This document shows positions 31,186 to 41,554 of a stretch of DNA of 64,000 nt, in pieces. The DNA lies in the IMG/VR virus record IMGVR_UViG_3300032218_003007, positions 1 to 64,000 of that record; one strand, given 5' to 3'. Positions within the stretch are counted from its first letter, which is position 1; each line of letters begins with the position of its first letter. The DNA is from a virus. Lineage: Duplodnaviria; Caudoviricetes. Both the position numbers and the translations under genes were made by a program. A model generated the notes under the pieces. That model was not told where the DNA came from. It searched no databases and saw only the letters and a program-made list of their open reading frames with translations.

Positions 31186-34100
31186 ATGGCGATTAATAGT
31201 AAACTAGGAACGATATGGATAAAAGATCCTGCAACTGGAAATTGGAAACCAGTGCAAAATATGTGGATCAAGAATGCAAGTGGTTGGCAACCTGTTCAAA
31301 AAGCATGGACAAAGGTCGGCATTGAAGAGTGGGAACAGATCTATCCTACTCCGTCAGGTTCACTAAACACTAATATTTCTTCGTTATCATTTACAGTTTA
31401 TCAGAATCATGATAGTGACACTCAGACAGTTTCTATCACTAATAACGGCACTGCTAATCTTTCGATAACTAATATCGTTGCATCCAACAGCAGTTATTAT
31501 ACATCAGTATTTTCAGCTGGCGCAACTTTTCCTATTACTGTAAATGTTGGTCAATCAATATCTATTACTATAAAAGTACGTGGTGTGTTGTTGGGGAAAG
31601 ATACGTCTGGATTACTGGTTATAACAGCAACAGTGGGTACATTAGGAACAAGCACGTTGACAATACCTATCTCAACGACTGTGATTCCAGAATTTAAGAC
31701 ATTATCACTTGCACAGTCTAGCATAAAGACTACTTCTGCTTCAACTCTGACAATGTACTATGGAGACAGTCTGCCTAGTACTAGTATTCCTTTATACAAT
31801 AACGGCAACGGCGCGACAGTCAATATATTAAGTGTTTCAAGTCTGAATGGTACAATAAACGTTACTAGTTATCCAGCTTCTATTGGTTCACCAGCTGGCA
31901 ACGGCACTCTAGTTCTCAGTGCTACATCAAAAGCAATAGGTACATATGTAGATACAATAACGATCACCAGTGATGATCCAGTAAATTCAACTATTACTGT
32001 CTACCCAGTGACTTTACAGGTCAATAAAAAACAACCAATAATTAGAGTGCAAAATACTTTATCAGATACATATAATGATATCGCTGCCAGCGGAAACTTA
32101 AAAAGCGTAACCATTTATAATGACGGTATAGGAGTTTTGAATATTTCCAATCTGAGTAGCACTGGAAAATGCATTATAACAAATAAACCAACTTCAATAC
32201 CGGCTGGTAGTAATGCTACATTTAATGTAACTGGTATTCAGTTAGCTGCCAGTGCCACAGACACGATAACAATCAGCTGTGATGACCCAGCGAGTACTAC
32301 TAAGACAATAGCTGTTGAATATACAATAATTAAGCAACCTGTTATTTCTGTGCCTGCTTCAGTAACAGATTCCTACAATGATATTGATAACACCGGTGCA
32401 GATAAAACAGTTACTATTACTAACAACGGTGCTGGTGAACTAAGAATCACCAGCATAACAACTGCTTCCGGCGGCGCAAAAGCTAAAGTCAGCATATCAC
32501 CTGTTCCAAGCACTACTGCGCCGTTGATTATAGCAGCAGGCGCTAGTGCAAATTTTAAAGTCACTGGTCAGAAACTAACTAACAGTGACACCGATACTAT
32601 TACAATTACTAGCAATGATCCAATTAATTCTAGCAAGACTATACCAGTCACATATACAATAACTCAGCAACCTATTATTGCTGTTACCCCTTCGCCTGTC
32701 ACAGATACATATAAAGATACTGATACAACAGGTCATACTGTAACAGTTACTATTACTAACGGAGGCGCAGGAACATTAAACATAAGCAGTATATCCACTA
32801 CTTCAGGTGGCTCAGTAGCTGCTGTCAGTGGCTTAGCTACTCCTACTACTGTAGCAGCAGGCGCATCTAAAACATTTAATATAATCGGACAAAAATTATC
32901 AAAAACTACAAATGATACAATCAACATTATTAGTAACGATCGTGGAATACTAGATCAGTTGACTGTTGTGCCAGTTACTCTAACTATATCTGCAGTACCT
33001 GTTATTTCTGTGCCTGCTTCAGTAACAGATTCCTACAATGATATTGATAACACCGGTGCAACTAAAACAGTTACTATTACTAACACTGGAACAAGTCCAT
33101 TATCAATCACCAGTATTACGACGGTTTCTGGTGGATCTATTGCTAGAGTTAGCGTATCTCCTGTGCCTATTGCTAGCTCACCATTATCTATAGCACCAGG
33201 CGCTAGTGTAAATTTCAGTGTCACTGGTCAGAAAATAACTGGCACAGCAACTGATACAATTGGAATTACAAATAATACCAACGGTGTTCCTGGCACACTC
33301 ACTACGATCCCAGTTACATATACTATAACTAACTTACCAGTTATTGAGATAAGTCCAACAAGTTTAACAGATTCATATTATGATGATACTGCTGGTACTG
33401 TTAAGACTCTTACGATTTATAACCGCGGCCCAGTTGCTTCTTTAACTATCACCAATCCTATAACTATCAGTGATAATTTAACAATAGTAACAGCGCCCGG
33501 TAGCTATACTATTGCTGGGGGTGGAAGTAATTTTATTACACTTACGGTCAAAGGAAATCAATTAGCAGGTGCTGTTACTCAACCTTTCGTACAGACTTAT
33601 AATGAAAAGATCAGTGTTTATAGCAATAATCGAGGCAATGCTGGTAGTTTATCTGAAATACCTTTTTTATTGAATGTTACTAAAAAAATTGCAGTAATAG
33701 GAGTTAGTCCAACAACATTAACAGATTCATATTATGATACAGATGCAGGTGGTACAGGCAAACTCATAACAATCAAAAACACTGGACTGCTAGACTTAAC
33801 TGTCAATAGCATAGTATCTAGAAATAGTAAATCTACAATAAGTGGCATCAGTTTGCCTGTTACTGTAACGAAGAATGGTGGTACCGCAACATTTACTGTA
33901 ACTGGCAAAAAAATAACTACCGGCGGCACTATCTTAGATTTTATAGATATTACTAATACTGGTGACCTCTCAAACCCAATTGTCACCGTAAATTTACAAT
34001 ATAATATCACAGTGAAACAAGCTGCAATACAGGTATATCCGGCAATAGCAACGCCGACAGCTGGTACAGTAGTTACTCCTATAAGTTCGTGGACATTAAA

Positions 34101-35745
34101 CGCTGATACGAATAAGCCAAATTCACAAACTATAGTAATAAAGAATATTTCACCAGCAGTAGCAGGCTCAAGGAGCATTACGATCAGTGATATTTCTCCG
34201 AGTGGAAGCTGCACAGTATCTGCACTTTCCACAACGGTAATAGCACCGCAGCAGACTGCAACAGCTATTGTATCAGCAGGAGATGATTGGCCGACAACTG
34301 GACAGCAACAAATTGGAACATTAACCATTAATAGTGACACAACCACCACTGGATATACATCGTTAGCAGTGCCGGTACTTTACACGTATATACCTAAGTA
34401 TCCCAATATTCTTGTATATCTTGGTGGCACTACAACTAGCTTATCAACTATAAGCCTCGGCACTATAAAACAAGGCGATACACCTACGAGTGTCAAAGTG
34501 TGGATACAGAATACCCAAGCAGGTTCATCACCATTGAGTGTGACAGCAATTAACAGTACCAATGGATACACATCCTATTCAGACATTACGCCAACAGTCA
34601 CAATAAATCCTGGTACTAGTTTGTCATTTAATTTAACATTTTCTGCATGGAACGCATTAGCTACTGGTACATATACTGACACAATGACCATAGTCAGTAA
34701 TGATCCTGATACACCAAACAAACAGATAACCATAACTGGAACAGTTATAGCGAAACAGCCAAGTCTGAATGCAAATAAATCATCATTGTCTCTAACTAAT
34801 GTAGCTGGTACTGACTTGCCTACGACGACAATTGTATTAAAAAATAATGGAGATAATCCCTCGACGCTGAATATTTCCAGTATAAGTTCAAGTCTTGGTA
34901 ATTTTACCGTATCACAAAGCAGTGCTTCATTAAACTATAATGAATCAATTACATTGACATTGACAATGGTCAGTACTACTGATGTGGGCTCTTATAATGA
35001 TTCTTTAATTATAAAGAGCAATGCAGCAAACGGAGAAACACAAAATATTCCTGTCTCTATCAAGGTGACACAACCAGCGTTTAGTGCAGAATATACCGCT
35101 GGAACACACATAATTACTCATCCTGGCTATTCTGTTCGTAATTTAACAATTACCCTGGTTGGTGGTGGCGGTGGCGGCGGATCAGGAACAGAAGGTGGCA
35201 ATGGCGGTGGTGGTGGCGGTGGCGGCAGCGGCGCAGCTATTGTCAATTGGGTATATCCTACCACTGTATCAAAAGATCATGCTATCTCTATAACTGTTGG
35301 CGCTGCTGGTCTAGCCATAGATTTGGTAGGAGACCGTGATCACGCCGGTAGGAATGCACGAGCAGGTGCTGGTGGAGTTAGTAGTTTAAGTATTGCAAAC
35401 ATAATTGTTGCATCTGTAAATGGTGGAACAGGTGGCGTTGGCGCTGACACTGACAGAGGTGGCGCACAGGGAGCAGGCGGCACAATCGTTAAGGGTGGCA
35501 TCACTACTGATACTAACATAAACAAAGCAGGAAAGAGTGGTACAGCTGGTATAAAAGGCACAAGAGATGATTCAAGTTCTAACGGCGGCGCAGGTGGCAC
35601 TGGCACTTTATTAGATAATAAATATTATGGAACAGGTGGTAATGGCGCAGATGCACCTGACAGAACAGCGCCTTATGATTTCCAGGGTAGTAATGGTCAA
35701 GGCGGCTATGTAAAGATCAGTTGGCCTGCTTATACGCCGCCGTAA
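31186..35745 (+). CDS. Fibre-tip adhesin with about 11 Ig-like (ASH/choice-of-anchor-D-like) repeats and a glycine-rich C-terminal domain
   Basis: Trp-rich N-terminus, 11 repeats of (V/I)xIxNxG..L.I..I, C-terminal VGGGGGGG...GQGGYVKISW. Confidence 0.7.
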   Translation: MAINSKLGTIWIKDPATGNWKPVQNMWIKNASGWQPVQKAWTKVGIEEWEQIYPTPSGSLNTNISSLSFTVYQNHDSDTQTVSITNNGTANLSITNIVASNSSYYTSVFSAGATFPITVNVGQSISITIKVRGVLLGKDTSGLLVITATVGTLGTSTLTIPISTTVIPEFKTLSLAQSSIKTTSASTLTMYYGDSLPSTSIPLYNNGNGATVNILSVSSLNGTINVTSYPASIGSPAGNGTLVLSATSKAIGTYVDTITITSDDPVNSTITVYPVTLQVNKKQPIIRVQNTLSDTYNDIAASGNLKSVTIYNDGIGVLNISNLSSTGKCIITNKPTSIPAGSNATFNVTGIQLAASATDTITISCDDPASTTKTIAVEYTIIKQPVISVPASVTDSYNDIDNTGADKTVTITNNGAGELRITSITTASGGAKAKVSISPVPSTTAPLIIAAGASANFKVTGQKLTNSDTDTITITSNDPINSSKTIPVTYTITQQPIIAVTPSPVTDTYKDTDTTGHTVTVTITNGGAGTLNISSISTTSGGSVAAVSGLATPTTVAAGASKTFNIIGQKLSKTTNDTINIISNDRGILDQLTVVPVTLTISAVPVISVPASVTDSYNDIDNTGATKTVTITNTGTSPLSITSITTVSGGSIARVSVSPVPIASSPLSIAPGASVNFSVTGQKITGTATDTIGITNNTNGVPGTLTTIPVTYTITNLPVIEISPTSLTDSYYDDTAGTVKTLTIYNRGPVASLTITNPITISDNLTIVTAPGSYTIAGGGSNFITLTVKGNQLAGAVTQPFVQTYNEKISVYSNNRGNAGSLSEIPFLLNVTKKIAVIGVSPTTLTDSYYDTDAGGTGKLITIKNTGLLDLTVNSIVSRNSKSTISGISLPVTVTKNGGTATFTVTGKKITTGGTILDFIDITNTGDLSNPIVTVNLQYNITVKQAAIQVYPAIATPTAGTVVTPISSWTLNADTNKPNSQTIVIKNISPAVAGSRSITISDISPSGSCTVSALSTTVIAPQQTATAIVSAGDDWPTTGQQQIGTLTINSDTTTTGYTSLAVPVLYTYIPKYPNILVYLGGTTTSLSTISLGTIKQGDTPTSVKVWIQNTQAGSSPLSVTAINSTNGYTSYSDITPTVTINPGTSLSFNLTFSAWNALATGTYTDTMTIVSNDPDTPNKQITITGTVIAKQPSLNANKSSLSLTNVAGTDLPTTTIVLKNNGDNPSTLNISSISSSLGNFTVSQSSASLNYNESITLTLTMVSTTDVGSYNDSLIIKSNAANGETQNIPVSIKVTQPAFSAEYTAGTHIITHPGYSVRNLTITLVGGGGGGGSGTEGGNGGGGGGGGSGAAIVNWVYPTTVSKDHAISITVGAAGLAIDLVGDRDHAGRNARAGAGGVSSLSIANIIVASVNGGTGGVGADTDRGGAQGAGGTIVKGGITTDTNINKAGKSGTAGIKGTRDDSSSNGGAGGTGTLLDNKYYGTGGNGADAPDRTAPYDFQGSNGQGGYVKISWPAYTPP
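32337..33060 (+). repeat. 64-nt exact direct repeat (32337-32400 and 32997-33060) inside the Ig array
   Basis: ACCTGTTATTTCTGTGCCTGC...AACACCGGTGCA is identical in both copies, 660 nt apart. Confidence 0.95.
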
Positions 35746-35759
35746 GCCGACGCACTGGG

Positions 35760-35767
35760 CATAAATA
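35760..35767 (+). promoter_or_regulatory. Late promoter (CATAAATA)
   Basis: Intergenic, upstream of the AGGA RBS of the long fibre gene. Confidence 0.65.
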
Positions 35768-35791
35768 CATGAACAAGTAGGATAACGACAA

Positions 35792-38700
35792 ATGGCTTAT
35801 TTTTTGACATTAACGAATGGTACAGCTCTTCTTACACTGGCTGATAGTACATCTAACCAGACAGCTACTAGTATCAATCTAATAGGTAAGAACTATGCAG
35901 GTTATGGTCTGCAGATCAATGAAAACTTCATCAAGATGCTGGAAAACTTCAGCAACTCATCTGCTCCAACAAATCCACTAAGTGGACAGTTGTGGTGGGA
36001 TAGTCAAAATAAACTGTTAAAGACATATGTAAACAGCACAATAGGCTGGAAATCAACATCTTTTTCACAGAGTTCGATTGCAGCACCGTCTAATCCTCAG
36101 GTAGGAGATCTTTGGTGGGATACAAATAAAGCATTATTGAATGTATATTCAGGTCCATCTGCTGGCTGGGTGCCCATTGGGCCAACTTCTAGTCTTGCTG
36201 TTGCACCTACTTCTTATGTAGCCAATATCTTAACAGACAGCACTTCTACTACTCATATTGTAGGAAATCTTACAGTTAACAACAAACTCACTGCAATACT
36301 GAGCAGTGATTCTACTGCATTTAACTTACAGCCAGGAGTCTCAATCTCTGGCCTGAGTACTATAAATCCAGGTATGAATTTTAGTTCTACTGCTGAGACT
36401 AGCATGATCAGTTCACCTAGTTTCAAATTTGGGGTTAGCAGTGGAAATGTAAACATTACTTCATTGGGAACAGCCAATGGCTTTAAGCTGTTTGTATCAC
36501 CAACATCAGTCACTACTTTAGAAGCTATGAAAGTCAATGGCACTAGTGGATTGATTGAAGTCTCAGGTAATCCAGTCAATGCGTTGGGAGTAGCAACTAA
36601 AGCATATACAGATTCAGCAGTAGTCACTGCAAATACTGCAATGAAAAATTATGTAGATGATGGCAATACTCGTCAGACAACATATACTTCATCTATAGTT
36701 ACCGTAGCAAATACATCAATGAAAAGTTATGTTGATGATAAAATAACGTCAGTTAGTACAAGCATAACTTCTTTAACTCTGGCTGCAACTAACACTGGAT
36801 TATTAATAAACGGCGGATCTAGTGCAACGATCACTGCACCTAGTGGAACACTAACGATCACCGGTACACTACAAGCAGATAATGGCGGGACAGGATTAAA
36901 TTCATACACTGCTGGTGATATAGTATATTCGGCATCTACTGGATCACCAACAGCATTGACTGCACTAGGAATCGGCACTAATGGATACGTGATGAAATCT
37001 ACTGGTTCTGCACCTAGCTGGGTAGCTCAAAGTTCTCTTGCTGTAGGTACTGCAACTAATCTCGCGAGCGGTGCTACTAATTCTATTCCGTATCAAAGTG
37101 GCTCTGGTGCTACAACTTTCTTAGGAATTGGTACTTCTGGTCAAGTATTGACAGTCAGTGCCGGTGGTGCACCAACTTGGACTACATTGAACACTACTAC
37201 ATCTGTTGCCTTGTCTGATGATACTTCTACTGCTTCTACTATGTATCCGTTATTTTGGAATACAACTACAGGTACAACAGGCACTGTCAAGACATCATCA
37301 ACTAAATTAACTTACAACCCTAGCACTGGTGTACTATCATCAACAACATTCTCTGGATCTGGTGCATCTTTAACGAATATACCAGCTGCCCAGATTACTG
37401 GCACTTTGTCCTCAGCCGTACTTGGTGCGTCATCAGTATATATCGGCACTACTGCTGTAGCGTTGAATCGTACTACAGGATCATTAAATTTAACTGGTGT
37501 AAGCATTGACGGCACTGCCGCAACTGCTACCGCTGCAACTAATCTTGCTGGTGGCGCTGCAAATCGAATACCATACCAAACTGGTACCAGCACCACTGGA
37601 TTTATAGATGCTACTGGCGCAAGTGGAAAAGCTTTGGTGTTTACCACAGCACCGGCATGGGGAACAGTTGCTATTGCTGGCGGAGGCACAAACAGTACTG
37701 CTACACCTGCCGCTGGTGGTATCGCATATGGCAATGGTAGTGCCTATCAATTTACTGCAGTGGGATCAAGCGGACAAGCCTTACTCAGCGCAGGCACAGG
37801 AATACCTACCTGGGGAACTGTAGGAATAGCTGCTGGTGGCACAAACAGTACTGCTACACCTACCGCTGGTGGTATCGCATATGGCAATGGTGGTACTGCG
37901 TATGCGTTTAGTGCAGCAGGTAGCAGTGGACAAGTTTTAGTTAGTGGAGGAACAAGTGCTCCCACATGGGCTAGTATAGGTTCAATTCCTGGCGCTGGCA
38001 CAGTAACACAAGTAACAGTTTCTAGTGTTCCGGCATTCTTGACTGCAAGCGTAGCTTCCGGCACTACTACACCTGCTATAACAATTGGTTACAGCGGCGC
38101 ATCATTGCCGATTGCCAACGGTGGTACCGCATCTACCGCTACACCTACAGCAGGTGGTATATCGTATGGCACAGGCTCAGCGTATGCGTTTAGTGCAGCA
38201 GGTAGCAGTGGACAAGTTTTAGTTAGTGGAGGAACAAGTGCTCCCACATGGGCTTCTGCCAGTACATTAACTGTTAGCGCAGCAACTAGCGCAACAACCG
38301 CAACTAACCTTGCAGGCGGAACAGCAGGTAAAGTACCATATCAGACAGGATCAGGTACTACCGGATTTACAGCAGCTGGATCAAACGGACAAGTTTTGCT
38401 CAGCGCAGGCACAAGTTCTCCTATATGGGGCAGTGTAGCAGTAAGCGTTGGCGGAACAGGCGCTATCGCAGTAGGATCGAACGGCTCAATTGCATACAGT
38501 GATGGTAGTGCATATGCATTCACTGCTTCAGTCGGAACAAGTGGCCAAGTATTACGCAGTGCAGGTGGTGGATCGCCTACATGGGGCAGTGTAGCAGTAA
38601 GCGTTGGCGGAACAGGCGCTATCGCAGTAGGATCTGCTGGTTCAGTTGCATACAGTGACGGGAGTAAATATGCTTTTACTTCAGCAGGCTCAAGCGGTCA

Positions 38701-39739
38701 AGTGTTAACTAGTCAAGGAACAAGCGCGCCAACTTGGACTAGTGTTGGTACTGTAACATCATTCACTGCAAGTTCTAGTACTACATTCCTGACTACAAGT
38801 GTAGCTACCAACACTTCAACTCCAGCTTTAACCATAGGATTTGGTGCTACACCATTGCCTGTCAGTCAAGGCGGTACCGGTGCAACAACATTGGATACTG
38901 CAGGCATCGTGACTAAATCAGGTACACAAAGTGATATTAGCGGTGCTAAAACTTTCACTAATGGTGTTACTATCAATAGTGGTTTGACACTGGGCACTCC
39001 ATTAAGTGTTACTAGCGGCGGCACTGGCAGTACAACATTAGATGGTGCAGATATAGTCACCAAAAGCCAAACACAAACAATATCGGGCGCAAAAACATTC
39101 AGTGGTGCAGTTACGCTAAATGGTGCAGTTACGCTAAATGGTGCAACTACAGCAGTTACTCAAACTTCATCTGACAGCTCTACTAACGTGGCTACTACCG
39201 CATTTGTTCAAGCAGTAGCAGTATCTGCAGGATTCTCTGATATGGTAGTGAAAACTAGTAGCGGTTCCTGGACGGTGCCGACCAATGTTACAAAATTTAA
39301 AGCTATTGTAACCGGCGGCGGCGGCGGCGGTGTTTACGATGGAACAAGTTCTCGTAGCTCGTCAGGTGGCGCTGGTGGAACAGCAATAAAAATATTCACT
39401 GGTGTCACACCAGGGACAACATATTATTGTGAAGTTGGCGGAGGGGGTACCAGCTCTTCTTCTCCATTATCGACTACAAATGGTGTTGGTTCACGGTTGA
39501 GGTTAAACAGTAGTTCGGGTCCAATACAAATGTTTGGTAACCTTGGTTCCCGAACTACCTCGGATACCGTGGGTGGAAATGGTGGTACTGCTGATTTGGG
39601 TCAGCTGGAACTCGCTGGCGCTGACGGCGTAGGAGGATGCCAAGACCCTGGCAATGCACCAAGTTTTTGGGGTGGTGGTTACGGCGCGGGCGGTGCACGA
39701 ACTAATGGAAAAGGTGGCGTTATAGTTATCGAATATTGA
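35792..39739 (+). CDS. Long tail fibre with GGT repeats and glycine-rich tip
   Basis: Same anchor domain as 29980 (NENFIKMLENF, GQLWWD), GQVL...PTW and GGTG repeats, TSSGSWTVP...GGGGGG...GGVIVIEY tip. Confidence 0.8.
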   Translation: MAYFLTLTNGTALLTLADSTSNQTATSINLIGKNYAGYGLQINENFIKMLENFSNSSAPTNPLSGQLWWDSQNKLLKTYVNSTIGWKSTSFSQSSIAAPSNPQVGDLWWDTNKALLNVYSGPSAGWVPIGPTSSLAVAPTSYVANILTDSTSTTHIVGNLTVNNKLTAILSSDSTAFNLQPGVSISGLSTINPGMNFSSTAETSMISSPSFKFGVSSGNVNITSLGTANGFKLFVSPTSVTTLEAMKVNGTSGLIEVSGNPVNALGVATKAYTDSAVVTANTAMKNYVDDGNTRQTTYTSSIVTVANTSMKSYVDDKITSVSTSITSLTLAATNTGLLINGGSSATITAPSGTLTITGTLQADNGGTGLNSYTAGDIVYSASTGSPTALTALGIGTNGYVMKSTGSAPSWVAQSSLAVGTATNLASGATNSIPYQSGSGATTFLGIGTSGQVLTVSAGGAPTWTTLNTTTSVALSDDTSTASTMYPLFWNTTTGTTGTVKTSSTKLTYNPSTGVLSSTTFSGSGASLTNIPAAQITGTLSSAVLGASSVYIGTTAVALNRTTGSLNLTGVSIDGTAATATAATNLAGGAANRIPYQTGTSTTGFIDATGASGKALVFTTAPAWGTVAIAGGGTNSTATPAAGGIAYGNGSAYQFTAVGSSGQALLSAGTGIPTWGTVGIAAGGTNSTATPTAGGIAYGNGGTAYAFSAAGSSGQVLVSGGTSAPTWASIGSIPGAGTVTQVTVSSVPAFLTASVASGTTTPAITIGYSGASLPIANGGTASTATPTAGGISYGTGSAYAFSAAGSSGQVLVSGGTSAPTWASASTLTVSAATSATTATNLAGGTAGKVPYQTGSGTTGFTAAGSNGQVLLSAGTSSPIWGSVAVSVGGTGAIAVGSNGSIAYSDGSAYAFTASVGTSGQVLRSAGGGSPTWGSVAVSVGGTGAIAVGSAGSVAYSDGSKYAFTSAGSSGQVLTSQGTSAPTWTSVGTVTSFTASSSTTFLTTSVATNTSTPALTIGFGATPLPVSQGGTGATTLDTAGIVTKSGTQSDISGAKTFTNGVTINSGLTLGTPLSVTSGGTGSTTLDGADIVTKSQTQTISGAKTFSGAVTLNGAVTLNGATTAVTQTSSDSSTNVATTAFVQAVAVSAGFSDMVVKTSSGSWTVPTNVTKFKAIVTGGGGGGVYDGTSSRSSSGGAGGTAIKIFTGVTPGTTYYCEVGGGGTSSSSPLSTTNGVGSRLRLNSSSGPIQMFGNLGSRTTSDTVGGNGGTADLGQLELAGADGVGGCQDPGNAPSFWGGGYGAGGARTNGKGGVIVIEY
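37685..39145 (+). repeat. Recent internal duplications in the long fibre gene
   Basis: 75-nt exact pair 37898-37972/38180-38254; 54-nt exact pair 38425-38478/38581-38634; near-exact pair at about 37685/37837; tandem 18-mer TGGTGCAGTTACGCTAAA at 39103-39138. Confidence 0.9.
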
Positions 39740-39866
39740 TTTAACAGGAGGCTTGAATAAATGAAAACACTTGTTGAACTTTATTTTTGCGACTAACGGT
39801 CACAAACTATAAAACCACTGTCTTATTGGTTGCAATAGATAGATTATCATCACAAGCATTCTATAA

Positions 39867-40526
39867 TTAGAAGCTAGAAGTCATAGGAAACACTGTGGAG
39901 ATCACCGCTGCGCAAGCAACAGCGATCTCCTGATGTTCTTTCTGAGTACCGTGAGCACTGCGTAATTCCATATAATGAATCCAACTACGTAGAGTACCAT
40001 TCATATACAAGCGACTAACAGTGTTTCCCTCAGGCAGTATTGCACGAGCTTGTTCTTTGGCAATGCCACGTGAAATAGCCTGAGCATAGATATCTTTAAC
40101 TAAGTTGATCACTGTTTTTTGCTGGTCCTGCCACCATGATTCCAGCTCATTATCATCCGTATCAATACTGTTTTGTCGATTTTTCAGGTCCCGGAGGCGT
40201 GCTTCTCGAACTACGAAGTCTAGATCTTGTGTAGGGTCTGCATATCTCTGGCTAAATTCCTGGAAACTGAAACTACGATGGCGCAGGATTTGTCGGGCAA
40301 TATCTCGCGTGGTTTCTATTTCAAGACAAGCAGAAACCATTTCCAACGGACTCCAATGCTGATTCTTGATCAGATATCGAATTAACTTTTCTGATGTTTC
40401 AGTGTTGAATTGATTTGCTGGATTACTGACTCGCGCACAGTATGCTACAAGTTCTTGCATATCATCAATGCCTAGATCAGAAAATTCTGAGGTAGATTGA
40501 CTGTAACTGATTAAACGAACGTTCAT
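39867..40526 (-). CDS. thyX: Flavin-dependent thymidylate synthase
   Basis: HWSPLEM, RQILRHRSFSFQEFSQRY (RHRx7S) motif, EQARAILP, TQKEH. Confidence 0.97.
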   Translation of the reverse strand: MNVRLISYSQSTSEFSDLGIDDMQELVAYCARVSNPANQFNTETSEKLIRYLIKNQHWSPLEMVSACLEIETTRDIARQILRHRSFSFQEFSQRYADPTQDLDFVVREARLRDLKNRQNSIDTDDNELESWWQDQQKTVINLVKDIYAQAISRGIAKEQARAILPEGNTVSRLYMNGTLRSWIHYMELRSAHGTQKEHQEIAVACAAVISTVFPMTSSF

Positions 40527-40540
40527 TAGATATTCTCCAT

Positions 40541-40567
40541 GTGTATACTGTGCAGCACAGTATACAC
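40541..40567. repeat. Perfect 27-bp palindrome upstream of thyX
   Basis: GTGTATACTGTGC-A-GCACAGTATACAC. Confidence 0.9.
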
Positions 40568-40571
40568 TGGT

Positions 40572-40913
40572 TTAGAGGTTTTTCAATAGTGAATCAGTGG
40601 CAGGCTGTATTGTTTTAGCCACATGCTCGATGCTGATTAAAAAATCAACATCTTCTACAATGCCGTCTAGTTCTTTTAGTTTGCGACTAATCTCTTGTTC
40701 GAGGAACTCTGCGTCAACGCCTTCAGTTAACAGATCTTGGACATTAATGTCTACACTAGTGCCGTCGATCAAGTTGACCGTGATAGCATGCAAGATAGAT
40801 ACCGGAGCTTCTGCTTTTTCAACTTCTTTCAGTATCTGTCGCCACTTGTCCCTCTCGGTGAGAGCTAGCTTAAGCCGTTTGCTTTTTGCTGGTTTTTTTG
40901 GGCTTCTTGCCAT
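40572..40913 (-). CDS. Hypothetical protein
   Basis: 113-aa ORF in the - strand gene run, overlapping the upstream gene. Confidence 0.7.
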   Translation of the reverse strand: MARSPKKPAKSKRLKLALTERDKWRQILKEVEKAEAPVSILHAITVNLIDGTSVDINVQDLLTEGVDAEFLEQEISRKLKELDGIVEDVDFLISIEHVAKTIQPATDSLLKNL

Positions 40914-41544
40914 CTGAAGAAACTACCTTATCAAATGATGCAGCTTCCTTCTCCAGACGCTCGGCTTCAGCTAATAGCTGCTGTGCCTCTAGTTTCATCT
41001 TGGCTGCTTGGGCGATACGTTGACTAGCTAACTGGTCATCGGTTAGTACTTCTTCGATAGTAGCATAAGTCGATACATCAGCTACAGCTGTTCTGCTAGC
41101 AGGATTAGCTCCCACTTCTTTAGCTTCCTTCTTACGAGTAGTCAATCCTTTGTTCTTATCCAGGTCAGCTAGTCGTCTGACTGCTTCTTCGCCTGTCTTC
41201 ATCTCATTCAAGATAGTATTAAGTTCATCTAAACGCACGTTACTCTTTGCATTAGGAGTAATGATTACCTGATTAGTTGCAACTTTCTTGAGAAAACCAC
41301 TGCGGTGCAAAGTATCTAAACAATTACGGCCGTCTTTCATTGTGACGCGAAACAAAGCATCCGACAATTCTTCTGCTGCTTGCCCTACTGGGCTTTCCAA
41401 GCACTGCATGACTTCATCATGCAGAAGCTGTGGCAAAGTATCACTATAGATAACGAGGCACATGTGTTCATCGCCTGGAACTTGCCTGAAGGCAAGCACA
41501 ATCCTCTTATCGTTGTGCCTACCTACGTGTTTTAATATCTGCAT
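40870..41544 (-). CDS. Hypothetical phage protein
   Basis: 224 aa, AAGGA RBS, coiled-coil C-terminus. Confidence 0.8.
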   Translation of the reverse strand: MQILKHVGRHNDKRIVLAFRQVPGDEHMCLVIYSDTLPQLLHDEVMQCLESPVGQAAEELSDALFRVTMKDGRNCLDTLHRSGFLKKVATNQVIITPNAKSNVRLDELNTILNEMKTGEEAVRRLADLDKNKGLTTRKKEAKEVGANPASRTAVADVSTYATIEEVLTDDQLASQRIAQAAKMKLEAQQLLAEAERLEKEAASFDKVVSSDGKKPKKTSKKQTA

Positions 41545-41554
41545 GATGATTTCC

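Noticed and set aside
3868-39063. Many short antisense and alternate-frame ORFs in the track
   Set aside because: They are shadows of long, motif-bearing genes and lack RBS or recognisable motifs.
35100-39866. Diversity-generating retroelement acting on fibre tips
   Set aside because: No reverse transcriptase and no template/variable repeat pair differing at adenines was seen in this window.
40548-40560. LexA SOS box in the thyX palindrome
   Set aside because: CTGT and ACAG are 5 nt apart, not the required 8.
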